64,000 bases of DNA from Octopus vulgaris (lineage: Eukaryota): the NCBI GenBank assembly GCA_951406725.2, contig OX597815.1:121458001-121522000 (forward strand), in the 5' to 3' direction. The position numbers and the translations under genes are program-made. Below the pieces are notes generated by a model. It was not told where the DNA came from, did not search any database, and worked only from the letters and a program-made list of their open reading frames with translations. Position 1 is the stretch's first letter; the number at the start of each line of letters is the position of its first letter. Positions 11,590 through 25,389 of this stretch are shown piece by piece.

Positions 11590-12875
11590 ATTTATTTTAC
11601 TTATGTTCGGTCACACGCTGCAGCACCATCCGAAAGTGTATTAGTCGATTAAATCGTTCCCAGCAGTTATTTTTCAAGCCTGGTACTTACTTGTTCTGTC
11701 CGTTAATTTTTGTCGAACTGCTAGGTCGCTGGAACGTAAACAAACACTTGCTGTCAAGTTGTGAAACACACACACATACATGCACAGAATCCTAATTCTT
11801 GACTGCTTTGTACAACAGCTGACTTGTTATTGATTGGGGAAGCTATTTACGTCCGTTGTGAGTTCTCGGAGGAACAGCCAGCAAACTATTAAACGGTCTA
11901 GCAAGAAATTCCCTCTCTTTTTTTTTTCTGATACACAGAATGGCGGTGGGGGGTGCAGAGGGTTTAGAGTAAAAGACACTTGCCTGAGGTGCTACGCAAT
12001 GGAACTAAACCCAAAGCCATGTGGTTACAAAGCAAACTTCTTAACCATCCAGCTATACCTATGCCTAGTCAGTTTTCTTTTTATTCTTCTTTTCTTTACT
12101 TGTTTCGGTAATTGGACTGCAGTCATGCCCATACTGGAGCACCACTTTGAAGGCTTTAGTCAAACAATGCCAATTCTTTTCTTTCTTTTTTTTAAAGTTT
12201 GGTACTTATTCTATTGGTCTGTATAGGCGCTGGCATGGCCGTCTGATGAAGTTTACTTACTAATTCTATAGCCTTGGGTTCAGTCCCACTGCATGGCACT
12301 TTGGGTAACTGTCTTCTGTAATAGCCCCAGGCCAACCAAAGCCTTGTGAGTTGATTCGGTATATAGTAAGTGGAAGAAGACTGTCTTTTATATCCATTTA
12401 CTTGTTTCAGTCATTCGACTGCGGCCATGCTGGGGCACCACCTTGAATTTTTAGTCGAGTGGATCAACCCCAGTACTTATTCTATTGGTCACTTTTGTCG
12501 AACCGCTAAGTTACAGGGATGTAAACTCACCAGCATCGTTTGTCAATCGATGTTGGGTGGGCAAACACAGACACAAACACACACACATACATGTATATAC
12601 ATATATATGACGGACTTCTTTCAGTTTCCGTCTACCAAATCCACTCAGACGGCTTTGGTCGGCCTGAGGCTATAGTAGAAGACACTTGCCCAAGGTGCTA
12701 CACAGTGGGACTGAACCCGGAACCATGTGGTTGGTAAGCAAGCTACTTACCACACAACTACTCCTGTGCCTTATTTATTTATATATATACACACACACAC
12801 AACGGGCTTCTTTCAGTTTCCATAAACCAAATCCACTCACAAGACTTTGGTTGGTCTAAATATATATATATAATA

Positions 12876-12922
<47 letters not shown>

Positions 12923-14450
12923 TGTTTGTGTGTGTTTGTGTTGTATTTGTCCCTCATTAATACTTGGTTTGTTTATGTCCTGAAAACGTAACACTCAGCA
13001 AAAGTGACTGATAGAAAAAGTACCAGATTTTAAAATATGTACCGGGATCCATATGTTCAACTAAACCCTTCAAAGTAGGGCTCCGTCACGGTTGCAGTTC
13101 AATGACTGAAACAAGTAAAACAATATCTATATGAGAATTTCATTCATTCATCCATCCATCTTGTCTGCCCACTATTCCTGGGAGAGTTGTTGGGTTGAGT
13201 CTCCGGGCACCAATTCCATAGAGCCCTATCAGTAGCGTCTGTCAGTAGTTTTTCTAGCTGGATTCCCAAGTGCAACCAAGAACTATGGATAATATCCAGC
13301 CATCTCGTTCTTGTCTACCCCTAGGTCAAATGTGTAAATATTACAACTATAGACACAAGCATGGCTGTGTGGTAAGAAGATTGCTTCCCAACCACGTGGT
13401 TCTGAGTTCAATCCCATTGTGTGGAACTTTAGGCAAGTGTCTAAAACTATAACCTTGGGCTGACCAAAACCTTGTGAGAAGTGAAGCCAGTCATATGTGT
13501 CTTTGTGTCTCCTCCCCCCCATCACCACAGCTGGTGTTGGTTTGTTTACATCTCCATAACTAAGCAGTTCAGCAAAACGACACCAATAGAATAAGAACTG
13601 GGCTTTTAAAAAAAAAGGATAAATTCTGATGTCAATTCATTCAACTGAAAATTCTTGACGGTGGTGCCCAAGCATGACTGCTGTCTAATGAGTGGAATAG
13701 ATGAAAACTGAAAGATAGTATAGTAGTCTTTCAGTTGTGAACTATTGAATAGTCTGTTAGGAGGCCCAAGCACTTTCACACACATGTATACACACAACGG
13801 TAACTTCTGCCTACCAAATACAATCACAAGGCTTTGGTCAACCCAAGGCTGTAGCAGAAAATACTCACCCTCTTTAATTCTGTATTTTATTTTTATTTTA
13901 TCATTGACATATGAATACTGTGTAGAATAATTTTAGATGTGGTGTTAGTCATTGATATGTTACTCTGTAACTTGTTTCACTCATGGGACTGTGGCCATGC
14001 TGCAGCACCACCTTTGCAGAGTTAAATAAATATATTGACTCCTGGACTTAGCTTAAGACTAGTGCTTATTCTGTCAGCCACTTTTATCAGACTGCTAATT
14101 TATGGGGACATAAACAAACCAACTCTGATTGTTAATTAGTGAGGAAGATAGACACAAGCACCAAGATACACACACACACACTCATACATGAGTGACAATC
14201 ATCTTTCTGTTTCCATCTACCAGATTGACTCACAAGGCTTTGGTCAGTCTGGGGCTAGAGTAAAAGACACTTGCCCAAGGTGCTGTCCAGTAGGACTGAA
14301 CTTACTTCCCAAGACAAACACACATATATACAACTAGCTTCTTTGTTTCCATCTACCAAATCCACTCTCAAAGCTTTGGTTGACCCAGGGCTATAGTAGA
14401 AGAACCATGTGGTTGGGAAGTAAACTTCTTCACCACTCACTTATGCCTGT
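11590..14450. mobile_element. Dense cluster of tRNA-derived SINE family A copies and fragments in both orientations
   Basis: Repeated head gtggctgtgtggtaag..ggttcagtcccact (A/B-box-like), CORE-like accttgggcaagt, tail cagcatggccgcagtc..atgactgaaacaagtaaa; full minus copy at ~12395-12770. Confidence 0.9.
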
Positions 14451-14614
14451 ACCATATATCTCATCTTTTAACGTCTATTTTCCATGCTGATATATTGTCC
14501 AACCCATGCCAGCATGGAAAACAGACGTTAAATGATGATGATGATGATATGTGTGTATGTGTGGACAAATGAAAGTGCCACTCAACACATTTGATGAGAA
14601 TTACATATATATCC

Positions 14615-14769
14615 AGGCCTGGCTGTGTGGTAAGAAGCTTGTTTACCAACCACATGGTTCCAGGTTCAGTCCCACTGCGTGGAACCTTCAGCAAGTGTCT
14701 TCTACTATAGCCTCGGGCTGACCAAAGCCTTCTGAGTGGATTTGGTAAACAGAAACTGAAAGAGGTCTG

Positions 14770-14813
<44 letters not shown>

Positions 14814-14828
14814 ATATATATATGTATG

Positions 14829-14895
<67 letters not shown>

Positions 14896-15066
14896 ATATA
14901 TATGTATGTATGTATATATATATATGTATGTATATATATATATATATGTATGTATATATATATGTATGTATATATATATATATATGTATGTATATATATA
15001 TGTATGTATATATATATATATATGTATGTATGTATATATATATATATGTATATATATATATGTATG

Positions 15067-15102
<36 letters not shown>

Positions 15103-15165
15103 ATGTATATATATATATATATGTATGTATATATATATATGTATGTATATATATATATATGTATG

Positions 15166-15196
<31 letters not shown>

Positions 15197-15332
15197 GTAT
15201 GTATATATATATATATGTATGTATATATATATGTATGTATATATATATGTATATATATATATATATGTATGTATATATATATATGTATGTATATATATAT
15301 ATATGTATGTATATATATATATATGTATGTAT

Positions 15333-15401
<69 letters not shown>

Positions 15402-16345
15402 TGTATGTATGTATATATATATGTATGTATGTATATATATATGTATGTATGTATATATATATGTATGTATGTATATATATATGTATGTATATATATATGT
15501 ATATATATATGTATGTGTATATATATATGTATATATATATGTATATATATATGTATGTGTATATATATATGTATGTATATATATATATGTATGTATATAT
15601 ATATATGTATGTATATATATATATATGTATATATATATGTATGTATATATATATATGTATGTATATATATATGTATGTATATATATATATGTATGTATAT
15701 ATATATATGTATGTATATATATATATGTATGTATATATATATATGTATGTATATATGTATGTATATATATATATGTATGTATATATATATATGTATGTAT
15801 ATATATATATGTATGTATATATATATGTATGTATATATATATATATGTATGTATATATATATGTATGTATGTATATATATATGTATGTATATATATATGT
15901 ATGTATATATATATATATATGTATGTATATATATATGTATGTATGTATATATATATGTATGTATATATATATGTATGTATATATATATATATGTATGTAT
16001 ATATATATGTATGTATATATATATGTATGTATATATATATGTATGTATATATATATATATGTATGTATATATATATGTATGTATATATATATATATGTAT
16101 GTATATATATATGTATGTATGTATATATATATGTATGTATGTATATGTCTGGTTTGTGTTTGTCCCCCCCCCCATCATCGCTTGACAACAGATGTTGGTG
16201 TGTTTACGTCCCTGTAACTTAGTGGTTTTCAAAAGAGACTGATAGAATAAGTACCAGGCTCACAAAGAATAAGTCCTGGGGTCGATTTGTTTGACTAAAA
16301 GCAGTGCTCCAGCATGGCTGCAGTCAAACAACTGAAACAAAACTA
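14615..16345 (+). mobile_element. SINE family A with a greatly expanded internal microsatellite
   Basis: Head 14615-14772 and tail 16148-16345 match the intact copy at 26849-27240. Confidence 0.9.
14773..16147. repeat. ~1.37 kb compound (TA)n/(TATG)n microsatellite
   Basis: Directly visible; source of the 431-514 aa Y/I/C/M/H/T ORFs. Confidence 0.98.
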
Positions 16346-17697
16346 TAGAAGAAAATCCGTACATACACACTCATACACATTCACACACCTACACACACAT
16401 ATATATATTCAATAGGGTTTCATTGTTTCCATCTATTAAATCTACTCACTAGGCATTAGACTGTCCAAGGTGCACATTGTGGAACTGAATCCCAAACCAC
16501 ATTGTTGCAAAGCAAAATGCTTTGCCTGCACTATGTTAGGTACATAAAATAAGATTATTTTTGTATGTTGTTGATCTGAAAGTGTATCTGTAATATTTCA
16601 AATCTATTCTCTGCTCGATGTTAACTTTAAACACCATATATCAGAAGACTTTGATTTGTGTAAAGAGATGTTCTATACAAAGATATTTCTTGATATCAGC
16701 AATAAACTTAATTATGTTTGTCTCTGAGATATCTTAAAACATCCTGTTTATTAAATCATGTTTATATATTCCCAGTTAAAATGTTTAGCTTTAATTTAAA
16801 CAACTGATTGTTAATATTAAAAATAAACAACACATGATTCTAGTCTAAACTTTGGAAATAAACAGTCGATTGAAGTGTCGTAGAAAATTAAATCTGTATT
16901 TAACATCGGTGTTTTATAAAGTGTGACAGACTACTGTATTTCTCAACATTTATTCAATTGCAAAGTGAAGATGTTTCAGAACTTGCTTTGTAAATTTTCT
17001 TAAATTATATTTCTGAAGTTAACACTTTTGTTATATTTCTGCTGAAATACTCTGTCTTTCTTTCAATTAATGTTTAAAGTAACGAAGAATTTAGTAAAAT
17101 AACTTTGTTGTTATTACATTGTTAAGCTGCTGTTTGGAACATAGATTAACATGAAATTCTGTTGGAAGGTTTTAATTTAGATCACTTTAAAGATGGAAGT
17201 TTGTATCATAGAAGTGGTCACAGGCCAAAATAGTAAAAAAAAAAAAAATTGTTGACTGAATCCCAAATGGGTTTATAACTTTCTTTTACATGAAATTTTA
17301 CAATGGTATTGCTAAAAAAATAATCAAAATGCTCAAATCTAATCTATATCAATCATATTTGCAATGAAAATTTGTATAGCTGTAGGGTAGAGATTTCCTA
17401 CCCCAGGTGCCTGCATTGCCTGGAGAAGCAAGATGATATTTCAGTGGGTGCAACAATATGTACTTAATTAAAATCACTTTTCTGGATAAAATTAACTAAC
17501 TCTTAAAAAAAAACTTTATTAGACCAAACTAAGACCTTTATTATTTTACTGTACTGTATGTGATTCAATTATAAAAAATGAATTAGTTTTTAAAAACGGC
17601 TTTTCTATTCTCAAATGTGACATTTCTTTTATAGATGTGAAAATTAATCAAACTATTCCTAGGGATGCTTTGCATCCCTAGGTTGGGACTCACTGCT

Positions 17698-17925
17698 TTA
17701 ACCCTTTAGTGTTTAAACCGGCCATATCCAGCCAAAATATTCTACCTCTTTTATGTTCAAACTAGTCAGATATGGTCATTCATAGCTACCTTATTGTGTC
17801 ATTTTAAAAATAAACAATCACATCATTGAAATCTCAAAGCCATGAAATGATGCAAGATTAATTTTACATAGTGTGAATATATAAGCTTTACATTTGACAG
17901 AATAATCTGAATGCTAAAGGGTTAA
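17698..17925 (+). mobile_element. piggyBac-type MITE
   Basis: TTAA-CCCTTTAG ... CTAAAGGG-TTAA. Confidence 0.8.
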
Positions 17926-18043
17926 GTAATTTATATCTACAATACCAAATCCACTACTCTAAGAATCTTTCATTATGAAAAGGGTATTGTAATCAAACCT
18001 GCAGACAAGTCACACTGTAGTGACTGGGTGTGCTACTTGTATC

Positions 18044-18251
18044 TTAACCCTTTAGCATTCAGATTATTCTGTCAAATGTAATGCTTATTTTTTCACATTG
18101 TTTTGAATTTATTCTGCATTCTCTTGTAGCCTTGAAATTTTGATTATGTGACTGTTTATTTTTAGACTAACATTGTAGGGTAGGTGTGAGGGGCTTGATC
18201 TGGCTAATGTGAACATAAAAAGGAAAGAATATTTAAGTGCTAAATGGGTAA
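18044..18251 (-). mobile_element. piggyBac-type MITE, inverted copy of 17698-17925
   Basis: ttaaccctttagcattcagattattctgtcaaatgtaa is the reverse complement of the end of the previous element. Confidence 0.75.
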
Positions 18252-18673
18252 AGCTCTTTGTGTCTTCACACCTTCCAGCAACTTCATTGTAAAATGAACA
18301 ATCCATGAATCCATTATTTATTTTCTTCTTTCATAAAAACCTGAAACAATGGTTCCTGTCCTTTTTTTATGGTACATCAACACATTTTTCTCTTGTGCCT
18401 GAATGAAAATTTAAGATGAATTTCTATTCTAATTCTTTCTTGAAAATTCAGAAAGTATTTGAACACATAGTATGAAATAATCATTTCATAATTCAAGAAA
18501 AATCATCAATCGGACAATTGACTCTTCTATATTTGCATCTTTTATCTTTTACTGGTTTCAGTCATGGTACTGCTGGAGGCACTACCATGAAGGATTTAAT
18601 TCAACAAATCAACTCCAGCACTTAATTTTTTAAAAAGTGATTTTAGTTAAAGTTTTGTAAACATCATCATCGA

Positions 18674-19040
18674 AGTGGCTGTGTGGTAAGTAGCTTGCTT
18701 ACCAACCACATGGTTCCAGGTTCAGTTCCACTACATGGTACCTTAGGCAAATGTCTTCTACTATAGCCTCAGACCAACCAAAGCCTTGTAAGTGGATTTG
18801 GTAGATGGAAGCTGAAAGAAGCCTGTCGTATATATATATATACATATGTGTCTGTTTGTCCCCCACCATCGCTTGACCACCAATGTTGGTGTGTTTACAT
18901 CCTCATGACTTAGCAGTTTGGCAAAAGAGATTGATAGGATAAGTACTAGGCTTACAAAGAGTAAGTCCCTGGGTCAGTTTGTTCGACTCAAGGCAGTGCT
19001 CCAGCATGGCTGCAGTCAAACAACTGAAACGAATAAAAGA
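18674..19040 (+). mobile_element. SINE family A, near full length
   Basis: Head, internal TA tract and 3' tail all present. Confidence 0.9.
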
Positions 19041-19499
19041 ATGTGTCCCTGTTTTGTGCTTCTATAGGGTAGATGGTTTAACAGGATCTTTACTGCTATT
19101 TACTGCATGTACTAGGTGCACTTTTCATGCCACCAGCACTAATGAGGGCACCATGCAGCTTGCAAGACTACAGAACCTGGGGAGGAGAAGCTTTATGCAG
19201 AGAGATGAGGGGTGAAACTATGAAAGAAGGGAAGGGGGAGGGGTAAGCAGGTTCTTGTAGAGGAACTACATAGCTACTCACTTTTCAGGAGAGAGAAATG
19301 GGTGGGGGGGCAGAGAATGATTAGTAAGAGCTGCAAGTCCAGATGGCTCCTCCAGGAGCAGAGTGAGTAGGAGTTTGTTGGGACAGAGGAACTAGGAGAG
19401 TGGGTGGTTGCGTGGTGAGAGTTTGCAAGAGTGTATGGGGGTGATGGGAGGTAGGTAACAGCTTTAAAGATTGGGTAGGATTCATCTTTGATCTTCTAA

Positions 19500-20053
19500 T
19501 CTTTTACTTGTTACAGTCATTAGACTGCGGTCATGCTGGGGCATTGCTTTGAGAAAAAATTTTTGTCGAGTAGATCAACTCTAGTACATATTTGTTTTGT
19601 TTTAAAGCTTGGTTCTTATTCTATCTGTCTATTTTGTTGAACTGCTAAGTTAAATGGATGTAAACACATTAATGCTAGTTGCCAAGTGGTGGCAGGGGAT
19701 AAACACATACATATATGACATTGTGGTCGATGACAGTACCGCCTGATTGGCACATGAAAAGCACCATTCGAGTGTGGTCAATGCTAGTGCCGTCTGACTG
19801 GTTCCATAATGGTGGCATGTAAAAAGCACCATTAAAGCGTGGTCAATGCCAGTACCGCCACACTGACCCTTGTGCCGGCAGCACGTAAAAAGCACCCGCT
19901 GCACTCTTGGAGTGGTTGGCGTTAGGAAGGGCAACCAGCTGTAGAGACTTTGCCAGATCGGATTGTAGCCTGGTACAGCTTTCTGGCTTGCCAGCCCTTA
20001 GTCAAACCGTCCAACCCATGCCAGCATGGGAAGTGGACGGACGATGATGATGA
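19500..20053. mobile_element. SINE A tail (-) followed by RTE LINE 3' end (+)
   Basis: RTE 3' UTR tandem units (ggcacgtaaaaagcacc), ggcgttaggaagggc and (GAT)n tail, as at 39380-40445. Confidence 0.8.
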
Positions 20054-20066
20054 TATATGTATGTAT

Positions 20067-20260
20067 ATCTATTATATAAAATCCGTTCTGTCTGTCTGTG
20101 TGTGTGTCTTCTAGGATCTTGGGCATCCTCCATCTGATTGCACTCAAATTTGATATGTAGATACCGACAGTATCAGGGCATGTATAAGTCTTGAAAAAAT
20201 TACAAAAATCTATTCCAGGTGACAATGTGATCAATAAAGCCGTTGGAACGTGCATTTGTA
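20067..20260 (+). mobile_element. Helitron-like 5' end fragment
   Basis: tctatattatataaaa..ctgtctgtctgtgtg..ctgattgcactcaaattt parallels the 5' end at 580; no 3' CTAG found. Confidence 0.5.
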
Positions 20261-20509
20261 AAATCGTTTTTCTTGGAATAGAAAAATAGTCTATCTTTAT
20301 TTCTTCCTTTGCTGGCGTCTCAAATTTATGTTAAATCAGTGTTTCTCAAAGGGGAGGCCTATGGGACGGTCAAAGAAGTTGTTTTGAGAAAATTTGGTTT
20401 AAATGTTTGACAACTCAGCACCGTCCATTGGATGTGGGTAGAGCGTTATGCTTGTATATATATATTTATATGTATGTATATATATATACATATATGTGTG
20501 TGTATGTGT

Positions 20510-20677
20510 ATACAGCAGGCTTCTTTTAGTTTTCATCTACCAGATCCACTCACAAGGTCTTGGTTGGCCCAAAGTTATAGCAGAAGATACTTGCCTAAGG
20601 TGTTACACAGTGGGACTGAACCCAGAACCATGTAGTTGGGAAGCAAACTTCTTAACACACAGCCACACCTGCACCTA
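20510..20677 (-). mobile_element. SINE family A 5' half
   Basis: Reverse complement of the head. Confidence 0.85.
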
Positions 20678-20724
20678 TTGATGTTAATAGTTTATTAATG
20701 AGGGTAAAACAGATAACATTAAAA

Positions 20725-20778
<54 letters not shown>

Positions 20779-21288
20779 GCAGGCAGATGGATGGAGAAAA
20801 AGTTTCTTCTAATCACTGACCTTCAGAACAGTGTGTAGATTTGTTGAGACAAATAAAATGTAGTTTAATTTAACAAATTGGAAGATTGTATATCGTTGTT
20901 CTTGCTTTGTTTGTTTTTTTTTCTTAATGACTGTGCTGTATCATCAACTGCTGTCATTACGAGTGAAAGCTATCTGTCCACTCTCTGTTGGTATACATAT
21001 TCTTAAATGTTTTTAAAATTAATGATATGCTTCAAACAAATAAATCAGCAGCTTGTGTTCAGACAAATGTTGAGTAGACCTATTATTTCTTTTGAAGCTA
21101 TAGAATGAATAATTTTCAGCATAAATAAAAATTTTCTTTCTTTATTTTGTTATTGAGGAAATCGGCTACCTAACAACATCCTGGAATATTTGTAAAATGA
21201 AAACAAATATGAGCATATTAAAAAATATTTTGAAACATAACTGTCCCTCCCCCAGGACGAACAACCCATAACAGTGAATCGTATGTTT

Positions 21289-21322
<34 letters not shown>

Positions 21323-22149
21323 ATATATATACATATGTATGTATGTATATAAACCATCATAAGTACTTTATATTTTCTGTTTTCTTTTTTTTATGCCATG
21401 AGTATCAAATAATGTGAGATTTTTTTTTGATTACATGTAAAAGTATTTGTCAGTTTTGATATTTAAAGTTTTTCTAATTTCCTTTTATGTGCCTGTCATA
21501 TTCACTGGAATCTGATATTAGTCAAGTAAGAAATGACTTCCAGCTTCACTTTAGTATATGATTCTAGATGATGATGATAACAACAACAATAATAATAATA
21601 GTAACAACAAAGAGGAGGAAATGCTAATTTCTTTATATAAATAATAAAGCCTTACATTATAGAAGACAGAAAACGGGAAGTTGTGATATTTGTATCTTAT
21701 CTAAGTTCATTAATGATAAAAATGGTTTCAACTGAGAATCAACAGCAGGTCATTGATTTAGCATGTTATGTAAAACTTACCACCTTCTTATGGCATTCAT
21801 CACTATAGCAACAATAATCAGATAAGTTCTTTTAAGTAAATGCAAAGCCATTCTGGTCTGTAGAAAGCTGTATCCAATTAAATTAATCTGTGTATATATT
21901 ATGGGGTCCTTTTGGTCCCAAAGGAATTAATTGTAACCATAGAGGAGATATGGCAAATCATGACTGTTAACCATCAAAGCTGCCTCTCTTCAGTCTCACC
22001 TGAACAATAATAATGATAATAACCAGGATAGAATTTTGTTTCAGAGTTTCATATGCCAGTCTTGTCTTCTCTATTTAATTACCTAAACTTAATTTACTTG
22101 TTTGATAAGAGAAGGCACTAAAGGTCCACTGCAAACCTGCAGTTTTGCT

Positions 22150-22650
22150 TGACTATGTTCCAAAAATTTGCTACTCTAACTAATGAAATTGGCTCACAGC
22201 TTTAGCCCCATATTCTTCTTCTGTAGTTTATTATTACTGTATCCTTTCTTTTGCTCTCCCCATTGAAAAGAAGTATTCCTAGACTTGCATTATTCAAGTT
22301 ACAGCTAAATCTTGTATTCTATACAGTCAGATTCAGCATATCGCCTGCTCAACAGAATACATCACAAGAAAGCATACACAATATTACGTCCTTGCTATTC
22401 ATGATCAGCACATAGCTGAAACCTTTGTACTCTTTATAAATGTTTAGTCTTGCAATCTCCGGTGACCTTTCATGGCATTACCTATAATTTCATATAATGA
22501 ACATTGTTTCACAAAGGCTAGCTTTACTGTTCAGAGCTGCTCCAAGGAAATAATTGATCCCTTCTTAAGTAATCCTTGATCTAGCTGATACAATACACAA
22601 ATGCACCTTACCCTCAAGTACTGCTTCACATATCTTGAATATTTTTCCAT
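22150..22650 (+). pseudogene. Very decayed LINE reverse transcriptase fragment (CR1/Jockey group)
   Basis: Weak motifs SLAISGDLSWHY and LKYC resemble LG..IS.DLSW..H and LEYCS. Confidence 0.3.
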
Positions 22651-22994
22651 TTGCAAAACCCAAAGCTTAGAAGCATTTTGGGATTCATTATGGAATACAT
22701 TATTTTCATCTCAGCTGTTTTAGAAAATAACTGTCTTGTCATTGTTTACAAATGGTTATATCCTAATTCCATTGAATTTTAAACAACACATTGTTGGACA
22801 GTGTTGAATGATCGTTGAGTCAGTAGCAATTACGTTACTTTACGAAATCTTTTCTAATTAATACTGATATAATTAACACAATCTGCTGCAGCTGGACATT
22901 TTCTTTTCCTTTTGGAATTTGACACCTAGTTGTTGTGATAATGGCGTTTTAAACTGTCATGTTTAGAAATTTTAATAAAATTAAATACAAAGCC

Positions 22995-23310
22995 ACAGGC
23001 ATGGCTTTGTGGTAAGAAGTTTGCTTCCCAACCACATGGTTTCAGGTTCAGTCCCACTGCATGGCACCTTGAGCAAATGTTTTCAACTATAGCCTCAGGC
23101 TGACTAAAACCTTATGAGTGGATTTGGTAGACAGAAGCTGAAAGAAACCTATAATATATATATTTGTCTATGTTTGTCCCTCCCACCGTCACTTGACAAT
23201 TGATGCTGATGTGTTTATGTCCCTATAGCTTTGCAGTTCAGCAAAAGAGACCATTAGAATAAGTCCTGGAGTCGATTTCTTTGACTAAAACCCTGAAACA
23301 AGTAAAATAA
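22995..23310 (+). mobile_element. SINE family A
   Basis: Head and shortened tail. Confidence 0.85.
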
Positions 23311-23399
23311 TATGAATGGAGGAAATGCATGTGTGTGTGTTACATGACATGACTGTTCAAGTTGAATCTTATTTCGTGATGATTTTTCATATTTATTAA

Positions 23400-23830
23400 T
23401 TGTCCTTTAAATCTAGTTTGCAACAATAGCATTCCTAAATCCATCAGTTCATTAACATTTTCAAGACCTTCTTAGCCTCATCATCAGAATGAAATGATGT
23501 TAAGAATAAGTTGTTTGCAAGCTTTGTAGTAGGTTGCAAAGGGTAATGGGAATATTGTTATAGATAATAATATTATTTTCACCTGATTTAAAATTTTTTC
23601 AATGGTCAAGTCCTTGTAGATTTTGGCTGATTTTGTGTGTATTATATCTTTGTGGTGAGTTTTGGGATGTATTTTGCTTTTCGTAAAGCTTCCATGATTG
23701 CTCTTCTTATCTTTTGTGGAATTCTATATAAAATTGTAATGCTGTCCACTGATGTTTCTCTGTCTACTTTTATTTCATATACTGTATTACAATGAGCTGT
23801 GATGGTATCTTTGTTGTTAATGTGTAGTCA
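23400..23830 (-). mobile_element. Penelope-like 3' remnant (GIY-YIG C-terminus plus pLTR)
   Basis: Minus strand VDSITILYRIPQKIRRAIMEALRKAKYIPKL resembles IL..R.I.EAL.I...P.LN; hammerhead lies downstream. Confidence 0.6.
23448..23493 (-). ncRNA. Degenerate minimal hammerhead motif
   Basis: ttcatt-CTGATGA-t-gaggc-taagaag-gtctt-GAAA-atgtt-aatgaa; 6 bp stem I, damaged stem III. Confidence 0.6.
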
Positions 23831-24659
23831 ACTGATGAGAAAGTGTATTTATGTCTCTAATACAACAGTCACATCAGACACATAAATATGACACTTCCTG
23901 TTGGTTGACCATGCAACAGTATGGTTGCATGTGTGTTTATATATATATATATAATATGTATATATATATAGAGAGAGATAGAAGTGTGCATATGTATGTG
24001 TGTGTGTATGGAAGTGAGTGAAAGTGTTTGTATTTTTGGAAGTGAGTGAATGAGTGTCTTTGTGTGTATGTTCTATATACGTGGATATTCTGCTCTCAAG
24101 TTCACGCTCTATTTTTTAAAATAAAAGAGCATCAAGAGTGGTTTGATGTGAACATCAACACAATTTGGCATGCTCCTGAACAAAGTTTCCTGTAATATTT
24201 TTGATGCTAGTCTGTGCAGAATTTTGTGTGCAAATTTTGTCTTTCTTTGCTAAGTATGTGCATATCCATGTGAGTAAACATAACTCCAATTTCTTCAATT
24301 GAAGAAATTGCAATTTCATTTTGAAAGCCTTGCATGCTCACATTTCTTTGTCCTTTGTGTGCTAGTAAAATATGTGGGTGCACATGATTTACAAGAGGAA
24401 ATAATAAGCAATTCTAGATAGTCCGTTATCACACACCTACAAAATGTAGGGTTGTGTTCTTTGGAGTACTGTTCTATTCACCCTTCATACTCTGAAAAAT
24501 CAATGGTGAATTGCAAATGCTCAAGAAATTCTGATGCATGCTAACAGGCATGGTATGTCCAAAGGAATCCTTTCTTGACACTGTTCAGGATAGTAGTCTA
24601 TAAAACAAGAGAGAGAAATTTGTTTACTTAAGTAGTAAGGGCATAACACATCTGTCCAT

Positions 24660-24920
24660 TGTAGGGTAGATGCTGTCTGATGTTCTGCTAAAAAGGCTAG
24701 TCCAGTCAGTATCAAAGTTTCACACATCAGACTCAAAGTGTGGCTTCCGCAGCTCTCAGGTGACAATCAATGTAAACTTCATTAAAAGGCAGCTAGGCGC
24801 CTTCAGGAGAAATATTAGAAATATCAAGAATTGTTTATTACATTTTTTTGTTTGTTTGAGCTCTTAAATGCTTTTGACACTATAAAGAAAGAAATTTCTA
24901 TCACATATTTTCAGAATGTT
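24660..24920 (+). pseudogene. Decayed RTE-clade reverse transcriptase fragment
   Basis: VLLKRL...SDSKCGFRSSQVTINVNFIKRQL resembles IL..RL...ESQCGFR..R.T.D.IF..RQL; followed by a degenerate AFD. Confidence 0.7.
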
Positions 24921-25389
24921 TGGTATGTAGAGTAAATGGGAGTGAGAGTCTTGTATCTATGTAAGGGTATGTGTGTATGTATACTATTTTCTATATTTTA
25001 AAGATATTCAGTTCATCTGGGCATGAATAGAACTGAATGTTGGACAGACCAATGTATGATGATAACAAAGGTCTAGGTTGCAAGTGTTCTCCTTATAATG
25101 TTCAAGTGAATTTGAGCCATTCTACACAGATGGATGGCTCAAGTTTTAGGCCCTTCAAAGGGCAAAAATTTGTCAAGACTAGGTGCAGTCTTTCGTACTG
25201 TTTTATAATGCCATCTGCACCTGTATGATCATACTACTAAGTGTAAGGATGAAAAAGGAGGTGGGAGATGCTATTAACTTCTGATTTGATATGAACCTTT
25301 CCAGTGCAGCTTTTACTACCAGAACTTGACATTTAGAATTTCACATTATCAGGCATGTGTTTTGGCCATGGTAGTTATGCATCATCAAG

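Noticed and set aside
14688-16232. Five long ORFs of 431-514 aa
   Set aside because: Translations of (TA)n/(TATG)n, which lacks stop codons; not genes
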